Shown: positions 20,047 to 30,249, counted from the stretch's first letter. The stretch: 64,000 nt of DNA from Dehalococcoidia bacterium (GCA_035528575.1 DATKYK010000024.1:66420-130419); one strand, 5' to 3'. The notes: generated from the sequence alone by a model not told the origin. Program-made: numbers and translations.

Positions 20047-21483
20047 ATGGATGTTCCCACCTTTCAACCACGGCTCAAGGTCTTGAACCGTGAACAGGCG
20101 ATGGCAATCCACGCTGCCGCTCTAGAGATCCTGGAAAAGACCGGATTCAAGATGGAGCACCCCGGCGCACTGGAAATGCTCGCCGATGCCGGCTGCCAGA
20201 TTTCCGCCGATTGGGTTAAGCTGCCCGCTTATATCTTTGAACAGGCCCTGAGTTCAGCCCCCAAACAGATCGACCTGTATGACCAGAAGGGGAACAAAAC
20301 GATGCCACTCGCGGACGGTAATACTTTCTATGGCACCGGTTCAGACGCTACCTTCACTCTGGATTTGGAAACCGGCGAGCGTCGCCGGACGGTCCTGAAA
20401 GATGCTACCAATTTCGCCAGGCTGGTGGACGGGCTGGAGAATATGGCTTTTGCCATGTCCATGGCCAACCCCGAGGATGTCCCAGTCGAGGATATTTACC
20501 TTTATGTCTTTGCCGAGATGGTCAAAAACACCAACAAGCCCATAGTATTCATCGCCGATAGTGGCCGAGACCTCGCCAAGATTTACGACATCGCCTGCCG
20601 GGTGGTGGGTGGTGAAACTAAGCTCCAAGAGAAGCCGTTTTTACTCAATTACTCAGAGGCCATCAGCCCCCTGCGCTTTCCCCAGAACGTTATGGAAAAG
20701 CTCATTTTCTGTGCTAAAAAAAAGATACCTATTTGCCTTCCCTCCGGATCTAATGCCGGAGGCGGAGCCCCGGTCACACTTGCCGGAGCCATGGCTTTAG
20801 GTATAGCGGAAAACCTGGTAGGACTCGTCGTACATCAGCTAGCTGGCAAAGGCTCCCCATTCCTCTTTGGCCCCAACGTCAGCGTTCTGGATATGAAGTC
20901 CACCGTGGTATCATATGGTTGCCCCGAGTGGAGCCTCACACAGGCCGCCCTTGCCGACATGCGCGATGAAATCTATGGGCTGCCCATCTGGGCTTTTGCC
21001 GGGGCTTCGGATGCTAAAATCATGGATGCACAGGCAGGGGCCGAAGCCATGTTTTCTATCATAAGTGCCATGCTTTCTCGAGCCAATCTAATCCACGATG
21101 TTGGTTTCCTAGAATACGGGAGTACCTCCTCGCTGGAGATGATTACCATGGCTGACGAACTTGTTGCCATGAGCCGCTTTTTCACCCGGGGAATTCCTGT
21201 AAGTGAGCAAACCCTTGCCCTAGAGGTAATAGAAAGGGTGACAAGCGGGGGTCCCGGCTCCATCTTCCTCATGGACGATCACACCTTTGAACATTTCATG
21301 CAGGCTCAGTTTCTGCCCAAGCTTCTGGACCGCTCCCGCTATGATTCCTGGGTAGAGGCAGGAGCAATGGACCTGTATAAGCGTTGCAATATCGAGGTCA
21401 AAAGGATCCTCTCAGAACATCAAGTGGAGCCTAAAACCGATGAAGTATTAGGAGGAATCGATCGCATCTTATACGGGCGATGA
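20047..21483 (+). CDS. MttB-superfamily substrate:corrinoid methyltransferase (non-pyrrolysine; glycine-betaine/quaternary-amine type), paralog 1.
   Basis: It is 478 aa with MttB-family architecture and a continuous ORF with no in-frame amber codon. Confidence 0.8.
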   Translation: MDVPTFQPRLKVLNREQAMAIHAAALEILEKTGFKMEHPGALEMLADAGCQISADWVKLPAYIFEQALSSAPKQIDLYDQKGNKTMPLADGNTFYGTGSDATFTLDLETGERRRTVLKDATNFARLVDGLENMAFAMSMANPEDVPVEDIYLYVFAEMVKNTNKPIVFIADSGRDLAKIYDIACRVVGGETKLQEKPFLLNYSEAISPLRFPQNVMEKLIFCAKKKIPICLPSGSNAGGGAPVTLAGAMALGIAENLVGLVVHQLAGKGSPFLFGPNVSVLDMKSTVVSYGCPEWSLTQAALADMRDEIYGLPIWAFAGASDAKIMDAQAGAEAMFSIISAMLSRANLIHDVGFLEYGSTSSLEMITMADELVAMSRFFTRGIPVSEQTLALEVIERVTSGGPGSIFLMDDHTFEHFMQAQFLPKLLDRSRYDSWVEAGAMDLYKRCNIEVKRILSEHQVEPKTDEVLGGIDRILYGR

Positions 21484-22934
21484 TGTGGATAGCAACTATG
21501 GGAACAAGTTTGCCATCATTCCAGCCGCTTACCCTTGAAGATGTGAAGCAGATCGACCGGACGGGACGCCGGATACTGGAACGCGTCGGGATCAGGGTTA
21601 ATGATAATACCTTTCTCAACGTAATGAAGAAGGCAGGGGCCCGGGTCGATTATGACAACCAGAGGGTTCGCTTTGAGCAGGACTGGCTTGATGGGTTCTT
21701 AAGGCAGGCCCCCTCCCGCTTTACCCTGTACTCTCGAGACGGCAGGAACGACCTTCACCTGGGGGAAGGCAACGTCTACTTCGCCAACGGGGGGCGGGTA
21801 TTCCGCATTCTCGATATGGCAACCGGCGGCTACCGTCTCACCATGTTGAGGGATGTAGCAAACACCGCCGCCCTGGTGGATCACCTGGATAATATTCATT
21901 CATATATAATCTCCTGCCAGGCACATGATGTAAAACCGGTAAACTACCACCTGCTCGATTTCTATAACGCTTTCAACCATACCACCAAGCACGTAATGGG
22001 GGGTTGCGATGATTTGCACGGCACCAAGCAGATGTGGAAACTTGCTAGTATCATCGCCGGGGGAGAGACCAAACTCCGCGAGAAGCCCTTCGTTTCTGTG
22101 ATTACCAATACTATAAGTCCCCTCTCCATTGATTCCAACACATTAAGAATTCTCAATTTCTGCACCACCCACGGCATTCCCGCAACCTGTGCGCCAGCAC
22201 CAATGGCTGGTGCTACCTCGCCCGCTACCCTAGCAGGGACCCTTTCCCAAATGCATGCAGAATCGCTCGCCGGTGTGGCCATCACCCAGGTACTCTCTCC
22301 CGGAGCCCATGTTCTCTATGGCGCTGTGCCTATGGCAATGGATTTACGCACCATGGAACTAACCATTGGCTCTGCAGAAATGGGTTTGATGAACGCTGCT
22401 GCGGTCCAACTGGCAAAGCTTTATAACCTGCCCATTTACGCCTCGGGCGGAATCACCGAGGCCAAAAGGCCCGACATCCAGGCTGGCTTTGAGAAGCATT
22501 TTTCCAATTTGACAGTGGCCCTGACAGGAGCAGACTACATTCACCTAGCAGCCGGAATGCTGGATTCGGGTAATTCAATCTCTTATGAACAATATGTAAT
22601 CGATAACGAGATTATCGGCATGATCCGCCGCATACTAGCGGGTATTAAGGTGAACCAAGATACTATGGGCTTCGATGTTATAGAGAAAGTGGGACCCGGC
22701 GGGGACTTCGTAACCGAAGACCACACCATCGATCATATGATGGACGAATTCTTCTATCCTAATCTAAGTGTGCGGTGTAACCTGGATATCTGGGAGGAAA
22801 GGGGCCGACCGGATATGTTGAGCCGGGCCCATGACCTGGTACAAACCATCCTGGAGGAGCACCAGGAAGGGCTTCTGGACCTGGATTTGATCTCAGAGAT
22901 AAAAAAGGCCTTTCCCGGTAGCCGACTTCTATAG
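21480..22934 (+). CDS. MttB-superfamily substrate:corrinoid methyltransferase, paralog 2.
   Basis: It is 484 aa and homologous in layout to the preceding gene. Its start overlaps the upstream stop. Confidence 0.8.
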   Translation: MMWIATMGTSLPSFQPLTLEDVKQIDRTGRRILERVGIRVNDNTFLNVMKKAGARVDYDNQRVRFEQDWLDGFLRQAPSRFTLYSRDGRNDLHLGEGNVYFANGGRVFRILDMATGGYRLTMLRDVANTAALVDHLDNIHSYIISCQAHDVKPVNYHLLDFYNAFNHTTKHVMGGCDDLHGTKQMWKLASIIAGGETKLREKPFVSVITNTISPLSIDSNTLRILNFCTTHGIPATCAPAPMAGATSPATLAGTLSQMHAESLAGVAITQVLSPGAHVLYGAVPMAMDLRTMELTIGSAEMGLMNAAAVQLAKLYNLPIYASGGITEAKRPDIQAGFEKHFSNLTVALTGADYIHLAAGMLDSGNSISYEQYVIDNEIIGMIRRILAGIKVNQDTMGFDVIEKVGPGGDFVTEDHTIDHMMDEFFYPNLSVRCNLDIWEERGRPDMLSRAHDLVQTILEEHQEGLLDLDLISEIKKAFPGSRLL

Positions 22935-22935
22935 C

Positions 22936-23541
22936 ATGAAAATAACGAAGATTTCCCATAAAACCTCAATCATCACACGCATTATTACCTGTGCCGTCTT
23001 CAAGCCAGCTATGGAGCATCTCCAGCTTGATTACAGATACCCCCATCTACGCTCGACCTATTTACCCTCCAATCTTCATCTGAGGCCACAATATCTAAAG
23101 GAACGCCTGAATAAAAAGATCGCTTCCGCCCAAAAAAGGAATGAGAAGATCATATGCCTCTATGGGAATTGTTTCCCTGGTATCGAAGTCTTCTGCCAAC
23201 AGCACGGCGCTATCAAAGTGCCCGGGCATTACTGCTATGAAATGCTTCTCGGCAGTGAGCGATTCCGTCAGCTCATTGAAGAGATCGCAGGCACCTATTT
23301 CCTTGAGAAAGACCTTATCCTTAACTTCGAGGAGTATTGCATTAAACCGCTTGAGCTTCATGATGAGGAGATGCGAAAATGTTGTTTTGAACACTACCAG
23401 AGATTGCTCTATGTTCGGCAGCCCTCGGACCCGGATCTGGCGCCCAGGGCAAGCGAAATAGCTGAATTCCTGTCGCTATTTCTGGAGACTAGCGATGCGG
23501 ATTATTCGTCTCTGGAAAAGAAACTCATCGAGATAATCTAG
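22936..23541 (+). CDS. DUF1638-like protein associated with corrinoid methyltransferase operons.
   Basis: It is translationally coupled to the MttB paralog. The family call rests on operon context. Confidence 0.5.
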   Translation: MKITKISHKTSIITRIITCAVFKPAMEHLQLDYRYPHLRSTYLPSNLHLRPQYLKERLNKKIASAQKRNEKIICLYGNCFPGIEVFCQQHGAIKVPGHYCYEMLLGSERFRQLIEEIAGTYFLEKDLILNFEEYCIKPLELHDEEMRKCCFEHYQRLLYVRQPSDPDLAPRASEIAEFLSLFLETSDADYSSLEKKLIEII

Positions 23542-23607
23542 CGTGTACTTATTAAAGATCGAAGCCTTATGATTGTACTTAAAAAAGATCGCCAACCTAA
23601 GTGAGCA

Positions 23608-25542
23608 GTGAATATGGAAAAGACTCAGAATAAAAAACTGGTTAAGGAAAAGCGACCTGCTATTACACCCGCTCCATCCAGGAAACAAAAAATAGCGTAT
23701 ATCTGGTTAAACGTCTTACCTGATGACCTCTGGCTTAAGGTTCGTCAGGGTGAGACCGTCTGGAATGCATTGCAGGAGGCGGATATAGAGCTAGCTGGAG
23801 AGTGCGGCGGACTGGGAAAATGCGGCAAATGTAAAATTAGAGTCATCTCAGCGATAGGTCCGCCATCCAATGAGGAAGAAGAGCTCCTTGATGATGAAGA
23901 GCTTGCACAAGGAATCCGCCTCGCCTGCCGCACCCAGGTGAACAAGGACTTAGTAATCCACACAGGGGAAGCTGTCTCTAACGCAGAATCTTATCAGATT
24001 CTCAAGTCAGGCCACCGGCCCTTTTTACATCCATTGCCACTTATCACCAAACGTCTGGTTACCTTGCCTCCCGAACTCCAGAATGAGGGGCTTTCAGATT
24101 TGGATATGATCAAAATGGCAATGGGTCCCGAATATGACGACATGGGAGCCTCGCTCCATTGTCTACGCACATTACCGCGGATGTTAGCAGAAACCGATTT
24201 CCACGGAGCAGCAGTGCTTCATGGAAACCACTTGATTGCTTGGCAGAGCTGGGAGGAAGTGGACTGTCACTTTGGGTTGGTCTTCGACCTGGGCACCAGT
24301 ACACTGGTAGGCAAGCTAATCAACTTAGCAGACGGGGTTGAAGCTTCCGTTGTTTCATTGCTCAATAGTCAGATGAAGTATGGCACAAACGTAATAAGTC
24401 GTCTTCATTACATAATAGATCACACATACGGACTGAAAAGGTTTCATAATCTTCTCATCAACGATCTGAATATGATTACAGCACGCCTTTTAAGAACTGC
24501 TGGGCTCGAAAGAGACGACATCTTTATTGCCGTCGCAGCGGGTAACACTACTATGCAGCATTTACTGCTGAACCTGAACCCTTCACGGATTGCCGAGGCA
24601 CCTTTCTCCCCGGTTTTAACCGACGGTCTGGTTTTGAAAGCAGCGGAGGTTGGCCTACAATTACATCCCGAGGCCCTATTCTACGTTATGCCCACGAGAT
24701 CCGGTTACATTGGCGGTGATTTGATCAGTGTCATTCTTGCCTCGGGCGCTTGGGAGCAGGAAGATGAAGTCATACTCGGGCTGGACCTTGGCACCAATGG
24801 AGAAATCTTCCTGGGAAATCGCAATAGACTGATGACGTGCTCAGCTGCTGCTGGTCCCGCCTTAGAGGGTGCCAGAATTTCCCACGGAATGATCGCCAAG
24901 GCCGGGGCGATTGAAGCTGTTAGGCTGGATGAAGGTAATCTTAATTATCAGGTCATTGGCAATATCACTCCCAAAGGCATCTGTGGGAGTGGATTAGTTG
25001 GATTGGTCGCCCTGCTCCTAGATTTAGGCATCATAGATCATGAGGGCCTCATTCGCCGGCACGAGGAAGGAGAAGCCGAGGGCTTGAGTTCAAGAGTAAT
25101 CCATCACTCCGGGGTCAATCATTTTCTAATCGCCTCGGCAGATGAAGGCTACGAACAAAAGCCTATCTACCTCACTCAAAAAGACGTCCGCGAGCTTCAG
25201 CTCGCCAAGGCGGCTATTGCTGCCGGCATAAAAACCTTAATGGATGAAATGAGTATCGAAACTAAGGACATCCAGCGTGTGTACCTGGCAGGTGCCCTTG
25301 GAAATTATGTCGACCCTTACAGCGCGGTGCGCATTGGCCTAATTCCCGGGTTCGATCCCGACTTAATCACATCTCTCGGCAACGCTGCTAGCACGGGGGC
25401 TTCCATGGTACTCTTATCCAAGAATTACTGGCAAATGGCTAACCAGCTTTCGAACTCCATTGAGCATATCGAGCTGTCCACCCGTCTCGACTTCAACCAC
25501 TATTTTATCCAACATATGGATTTTCCTGAAGAGGCAACTTGA
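23608..25542 (+). CDS. RACo-type ATP-dependent reductive activator of corrinoid proteins (N-terminal [2Fe-2S] ferredoxin plus an ASKHA/DUF4445 domain).
   Basis: The N-terminus has GECGGLGKCGKCKIRV ... LACRT. A roughly 500-aa ASKHA-like body follows. Confidence 0.8.
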   Translation: MNMEKTQNKKLVKEKRPAITPAPSRKQKIAYIWLNVLPDDLWLKVRQGETVWNALQEADIELAGECGGLGKCGKCKIRVISAIGPPSNEEEELLDDEELAQGIRLACRTQVNKDLVIHTGEAVSNAESYQILKSGHRPFLHPLPLITKRLVTLPPELQNEGLSDLDMIKMAMGPEYDDMGASLHCLRTLPRMLAETDFHGAAVLHGNHLIAWQSWEEVDCHFGLVFDLGTSTLVGKLINLADGVEASVVSLLNSQMKYGTNVISRLHYIIDHTYGLKRFHNLLINDLNMITARLLRTAGLERDDIFIAVAAGNTTMQHLLLNLNPSRIAEAPFSPVLTDGLVLKAAEVGLQLHPEALFYVMPTRSGYIGGDLISVILASGAWEQEDEVILGLDLGTNGEIFLGNRNRLMTCSAAAGPALEGARISHGMIAKAGAIEAVRLDEGNLNYQVIGNITPKGICGSGLVGLVALLLDLGIIDHEGLIRRHEEGEAEGLSSRVIHHSGVNHFLIASADEGYEQKPIYLTQKDVRELQLAKAAIAAGIKTLMDEMSIETKDIQRVYLAGALGNYVDPYSAVRIGLIPGFDPDLITSLGNAASTGASMVLLSKNYWQMANQLSNSIEHIELSTRLDFNHYFIQHMDFPEEAT

Positions 25543-25601
25543 GAGCGTAGTACCGCTTCCAAGGCTCTAACCGTAACAGAGAAAAACAGGAAGGAGGGTG
25601 C

Positions 25602-25703
25602 TATGAATTACATTAGTATAGATTACCGCAAGCAGTATTCCAACATGGTAGTTAAAGAGGTCGGAGGCAAGGTGGATCGAAGGTTCACAGTGAATAACAG
25701 CTA
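25602..25703 (+). CDS. Possible 33-aa small ORF.
   Basis: An ATG lies 6 nt after an AGGAAGGAGGG Shine-Dalgarno site. No homology is recognised. Confidence 0.2.
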
Positions 25704-25710
25704 GGAGGAA

Positions 25711-26154
25711 TTGAAGATTCGCCGCGAAGAGCTAGCTGATGTGATGAAGATAGTCAGGGTAAAAGAGGTAATGACCCGCGATTTCCCCACAATTTCTTCC
25801 ATCATGGCACTGAAGGAAGTAACTAACCTGGCTCGCAACACAGGTCATCATGGTTTCCCCATTCTTGACGATGAGGGGCGTCTGTTTGGCGTGGTTACAC
25901 TGGCAGACCTAGAACGTTCAATACAGAGTGGGAATACTGACCGTCCGGTAGGCGAAGTTGCCACTCAAGCACCAATAGTAGCTTACCCGGACCAAACCCT
26001 TTATGAGGTATTACAGGCTAGCGAGAAAGATTACGGGCGTATACCCGTCGTTGATCCCCAGGACCCGGGTCGCTTGCTTGGAGTTTTACGCCGTCATGAT
26101 ATTGTAAGGGCCTACCGTAGCAGGGTAGCACAAAAGCAGACGGATGAGAGATAG
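25711..26154 (+). CDS. CBS-domain pair protein.
   Basis: A CBS tandem signature is present. It has a TTG start with an AGGAGG Shine-Dalgarno site. Confidence 0.7.
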   Translation: MKIRREELADVMKIVRVKEVMTRDFPTISSIMALKEVTNLARNTGHHGFPILDDEGRLFGVVTLADLERSIQSGNTDRPVGEVATQAPIVAYPDQTLYEVLQASEKDYGRIPVVDPQDPGRLLGVLRRHDIVRAYRSRVAQKQTDER

Positions 26155-27850
26155 TTTAACCATCGGAATCGTGGGCGCTGGCGGCGATGGAGTAGTGGTG
26201 CTGGGCAGCCTGCTGCAAAGGCTTGCTGCCTGGCAAGGGTACTTCAGCCAGATGCCCCGCTATTATGGAGCCCAGATCAGGGGTGGAGGCTCAGCGGTAA
26301 AACTAGGTCTCGATGGTAGATGTCTCTCCCTACCCGAAGACAGTCTGGATATCTTGGTATGTTTTAACTGGGAAAAATATCTGGAGTTTGAGCACGAGCT
26401 GGAACTAAAAGGAGAAAGCCTGGTACTTTTCGAAAATAATCCCTCAACCGAATTCAATTTACCTGAGACTTCCTATCAGGTCGATTTTTCCAAGAGAAGT
26501 CACGAGGTAACCGGCTCCACCATAGATAAAAATATCGTGGCGCTCGGCGTATTACTTAGAATACTGGCCCTTGACGAAGACCAGGTGAAGATAGCGATTG
26601 ATGAGGATGAAGAGCTGAAACTATTGAAGCAGAATATACCGGCTCTCGAAGCGGGAGGGCAACTATTTACCGATTTCTCTTTTCCCGAGCTACGATTATC
26701 ACCAGCACGGGATAATTCCACCAAGCTGATTATGCATGGTAATGCCGCCATGGCGCGAGCAGCGATCCGTGCCGGTTGCCGGGTATTCTTTGGCTATCCC
26801 ATCACACCGGCAGCAGAAATTATGAATGAAATGCAGCTGGAGCTCTCCCTTGGAAAGGGTGTTTTTCTTCAGGCGGAGGATGAAATCGCTTCATCCGGGA
26901 TGGCTCTCGGGGCTTCACTAACCGGTGCAAAAGCAATGACCGCCACCAGCGGTCCAGGATTTGACCTCATGACCGAGATGCTGGGCTTAGCCACAGCCGC
27001 TGAGATACCGTTGGTGATTATCGATGTTCAGCGTTGTGGACCGTCCACGGGAATACCCTCCAGGTCCGAGCAATCAGACCTCAACCATGCCATCTACGGT
27101 GGTCATGGTGACGCCCCAAGGGTAGTTATTGCTCCCTACGACATGGAGGGATGTTACCGCTTAGCTATAGAGAGCATCAACATCGCCCAGCAATTTCAGA
27201 CACCGGTTATTCTCCTCTCCGACCAGTATCTAGGACAAACCTTTATTTCCACAAGCGATGAGTTTTTAAGAAAATACTACCCCGCCGAGAGCGCAAAACG
27301 TGCCACAAACACCCTTGATGAATATTATCGCTATAGATTAACCGAGGACTCTATTTCACCCATGGCAGATGTTGGTAGTGAAGGACTGGCATATCAAACC
27401 ACTGGCCTGGCTCACAACGAGAAGGGCGAACCATCTTTCGATTTCGAGACCAATCAAATAATGCACCTAAAAAGGTGGAGCAAGCTCATACCACTCTGCC
27501 ACCGGGATGAGCTGGTAAAGGTTTTAGGAAAAGAAGAATCAAGCAGGGGAGTAATAACCTGGGGCTCCTCCGCCCAGGTGGTTCTGGAAACAGTTAAAGA
27601 CCTGGGACTACAGGACACGATTAAGATATGCATTCCCGAGCTAATTCACCCCCTACCGGAGAGAGTCAAGGGGTTCATAAAATCGACAGAGAAAATGCTG
27701 GTGATAGAGATGAATTACTCTGGGCAACTTCATCGTTACCTCCGCTCTCAACTAGATTTACCCAAGTCAACCGAAATTTACGCCAGAGCCGGCGGTCAAA
27801 CCTTCCGGCGGAAAGAGCTGGCTGGTCCCATAACGGAGTTAACCAGGTGA
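26144..27850 (+). CDS. 2-oxoacid (2-oxoglutarate-type):ferredoxin oxidoreductase, fused gamma-alpha subunit (KorA-like).
   Basis: An N-terminal gamma domain (IGIVGAGGDG) is followed by an alpha domain (GYPITPAAE, TATSGPGF). Confidence 0.85.
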   Translation: MRDSLTIGIVGAGGDGVVVLGSLLQRLAAWQGYFSQMPRYYGAQIRGGGSAVKLGLDGRCLSLPEDSLDILVCFNWEKYLEFEHELELKGESLVLFENNPSTEFNLPETSYQVDFSKRSHEVTGSTIDKNIVALGVLLRILALDEDQVKIAIDEDEELKLLKQNIPALEAGGQLFTDFSFPELRLSPARDNSTKLIMHGNAAMARAAIRAGCRVFFGYPITPAAEIMNEMQLELSLGKGVFLQAEDEIASSGMALGASLTGAKAMTATSGPGFDLMTEMLGLATAAEIPLVIIDVQRCGPSTGIPSRSEQSDLNHAIYGGHGDAPRVVIAPYDMEGCYRLAIESINIAQQFQTPVILLSDQYLGQTFISTSDEFLRKYYPAESAKRATNTLDEYYRYRLTEDSISPMADVGSEGLAYQTTGLAHNEKGEPSFDFETNQIMHLKRWSKLIPLCHRDELVKVLGKEESSRGVITWGSSAQVVLETVKDLGLQDTIKICIPELIHPLPERVKGFIKSTEKMLVIEMNYSGQLHRYLRSQLDLPKSTEIYARAGGQTFRRKELAGPITELTR

Positions 27851-28665
27851 GGAAAACCGCTGACTACAGGACAAAATTGAAGCCCGTCTGGTGCCGGGGC
27901 TGCGGTAATTTCGGCATACTTAGCGCCCTCACCAGAATAGTGCTGCCTGACCTTGGGATACCCAAACATAAAACTCTCATTGTTTCCGGTATCGGTTGTT
28001 CATCAAGGATCCCCGCTTATGTTGACAGTTACGGCATCAATGCTCTCCACGGGCGGGCGGTGCCAATTGCACAGGGAGCAAAACTGGCCAGTCCTGAACT
28101 AACAGTGCTAGCTATAGGCGGGGATGGTGATTTATTCAGTATTGGAGCAGGACATCTTCCCCATGTGGTAAGGAGGAACATCGATATAACCTGTATCATG
28201 GTCAATAACTTTGTGTACGCCCTGACCAAAGGCCAGATCAGCCCTACCACTCCTCATCTGGAAAGGGGTGAAAGTCCGTTTCTATCCTGGCAACTCTATC
28301 CGCCAGTAGACCCAATGCTAGATATGCTAAGCTACAATGTTTCCACGCTGTCAAGCTTTATTGCCCAGGGAATTGCTACCAATGTCCCCCATCTCGCCGG
28401 GCTAATAGGTGAAGGGATTAAACACAAAGGGTTTTCCTTCATCCTCGTGCTGACTCCCTGTGCTACCTTCGATCCTCCGTTTCTATTCAGCCTACTGAAA
28501 GAGAGAGCAAGCTACCTGAGAGAGGGAGAACCGGTGGAGTTGCCAGATTCGTCAAAAGAGAAGCCATGGCTCCACGATCCCGACAACATCAATCTAGCCC
28601 TGAGGCTCGCTGAGAGCCCCTTATTGGAAAAGCCATATTTGGGAGTTTTTTTCCGCGGTAGATAA
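27847..28665 (+). CDS. 2-oxoacid:ferredoxin oxidoreductase beta subunit (KorB-like).
   Basis: It has WCRGCG and GGDGD motifs. The GTG start overlaps the korA stop. Confidence 0.85.
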   Translation: MRKTADYRTKLKPVWCRGCGNFGILSALTRIVLPDLGIPKHKTLIVSGIGCSSRIPAYVDSYGINALHGRAVPIAQGAKLASPELTVLAIGGDGDLFSIGAGHLPHVVRRNIDITCIMVNNFVYALTKGQISPTTPHLERGESPFLSWQLYPPVDPMLDMLSYNVSTLSSFIAQGIATNVPHLAGLIGEGIKHKGFSFILVLTPCATFDPPFLFSLLKERASYLREGEPVELPDSSKEKPWLHDPDNINLALRLAESPLLEKPYLGVFFRGR

Positions 28666-29004
28666 GACCGGGTAAACTAGACCCAAAATCCCGCTTCCTG
28701 TTGTAATTAACCACATCTTTGACTATTCCCCACCATATTAAAAGCTCGACAAGCTTAATCCTCGTCTATCTAGTTTTTTCATCTGGAGAATTTGCGCCAT
28801 AGGAATGCTAAAAAGAATCGCATGGCAAACTTAGCCTAGGGTATGGCTCTAAACTGCCAACTCGTGTGTGATTGGAGCAGCGGATTGATGGACTGATATC
28901 TCGATGACTATACTTTTACTACCCATTTACTACTGCCTGCCCTCATCATTGAGCCTAACATCCCTGCGACTCTTTAAACTTCAACCAATGTCATAGAGAT
29001 TAGT

Positions 29005-29553
29005 TTAAAGAGTAAAAGTATCCCATATCCTCCACCTCCCTATAGCAACGGGAAAGGCCAATAGAGTGATAATAATTAAGAAGACACCTCCCTGCCATTT
29101 TTCGTCAAATAGGATTACTGTACCGATAATAGTGAGACAAATGAGTAAAACTAATACTAGCGAACGGTACCTATGGGACGCTTGACTAACAAAAACCAAT
29201 AGAATTACTGCGAACCACGCTAACCCAATCCAGAATAAAGAATGAAATATAATGCCCTCAACTTCTGAAAAGCCTCCTATCCAACTAATAATGAAAGCTA
29301 ATAAGAATATTTCTAATGATATCAGTGATACTCTTGTTCTGTAGCGCCAATTATTTAACCAATTTGCGAAATGATAACACAGAACAGCCGACATGAGGAT
29401 TATTGCAAATGATAATGCAATCCATGCCAACACTATACTGTAAATATCCAGTTCGCCACGTGCCAGTAACGTAGCTCCTATTCCAAACCAGAGGATGCCA
29501 ACTCCTAGTGGACTAAAGCGTTCTCGTTCCTGTTTCGTTAGTTCATCATCCAT
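29005..29553 (-). CDS. Multi-pass membrane protein (about 5-6 transmembrane helices), hypothetical.
   Basis: It consists of hydrophobic helix segments and lies 94 bp downstream of the nuclease-like gene on the same strand. The region is AT-rich. Confidence 0.55.
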   Translation of the reverse strand: MDDELTKQERERFSPLGVGILWFGIGATLLARGELDIYSIVLAWIALSFAIILMSAVLCYHFANWLNNWRYRTRVSLISLEIFLLAFIISWIGGFSEVEGIIFHSLFWIGLAWFAVILLVFVSQASHRYRSLVLVLLICLTIIGTVILFDEKWQGGVFLIIITLLAFPVAIGRWRIWDTFTL

Positions 29554-29646
29554 TTCATAAACACCAACGCCATAATTTATTAATTCTAATCTTTATAGTT
29601 CGAGCTTATCATAGTAACGGTCAATACTTCGGTTGTTCTAGTGGCG

Positions 29647-30249
29647 TTATTTATTATGAGGTTGCATAGATTGTCTTACTAGCTCATCGACAGTCTGGGC
29701 ACCTTTAGGTATCACTATCCAATCATTAAGGTGTTTGGGATATGCATGATCTGATTTTGGATACGCTACTTGGAAGTTTCCACCGTAGTAATTTGCTCCT
29801 GTAAATTGCCATTCTAATTTCTCAAGTTCTTTAATACTATTTAAGAAGGATTTACTTGATTTAACGTCAATTAACCAGACTGGTGTTCGATTTTCCTTAC
29901 TGGGATACAGTATAAGAAAATCCGCATTCACTTGAGGAGCTACACGCTTGCCATCTACTATAAGCAACCTCGGAACAACTTCAAAAATTGGTACAATTTC
30001 CAAATCGATGGGGCCTTCCTGTGGCATTTCCATCCATCCCTGTAGAACAAACCAAGTGCCCTGTCTATATAAGCAAACCTGCTTTATTACACAGTAATAA
30101 AATAAGGCCTCATAAAACACACCATTCAGTCTCGGGAAGTGCTGCTTCAAATTGGGATTATTTACTATCTCGTTCCAGCGCTTTCGTAGTTCGCTGTAGA
30201 TATTATCACCCTTACCATTTTGTACTAGCTGGTTAGACCAGTCTACCAA
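29647..30249 (-). CDS. Hypothetical protein with a putative PD-(D/E)xK nuclease-like core (ADFLIL ... LIDVKSSK).
   Basis: The ORF is in the AT-rich island. The motif assignment is tentative. Confidence 0.45.
   Translation of the reverse strand: MVDWSNQLVQNGKGDNIYSELRKRWNEIVNNPNLKQHFPRLNGVFYEALFYYCVIKQVCLYRQGTWFVLQGWMEMPQEGPIDLEIVPIFEVVPRLLIVDGKRVAPQVNADFLILYPSKENRTPVWLIDVKSSKSFLNSIKELEKLEWQFTGANYYGGNFQVAYPKSDHAYPKHLNDWIVIPKGAQTVDELVRQSMQPHNK

Noticed and set aside
20047-22934. Pyrrolysine-containing MttB (in-frame amber codon).
   Set aside because: Both MttB ORFs are continuous with no internal TAG, so they are of the non-Pyl type.
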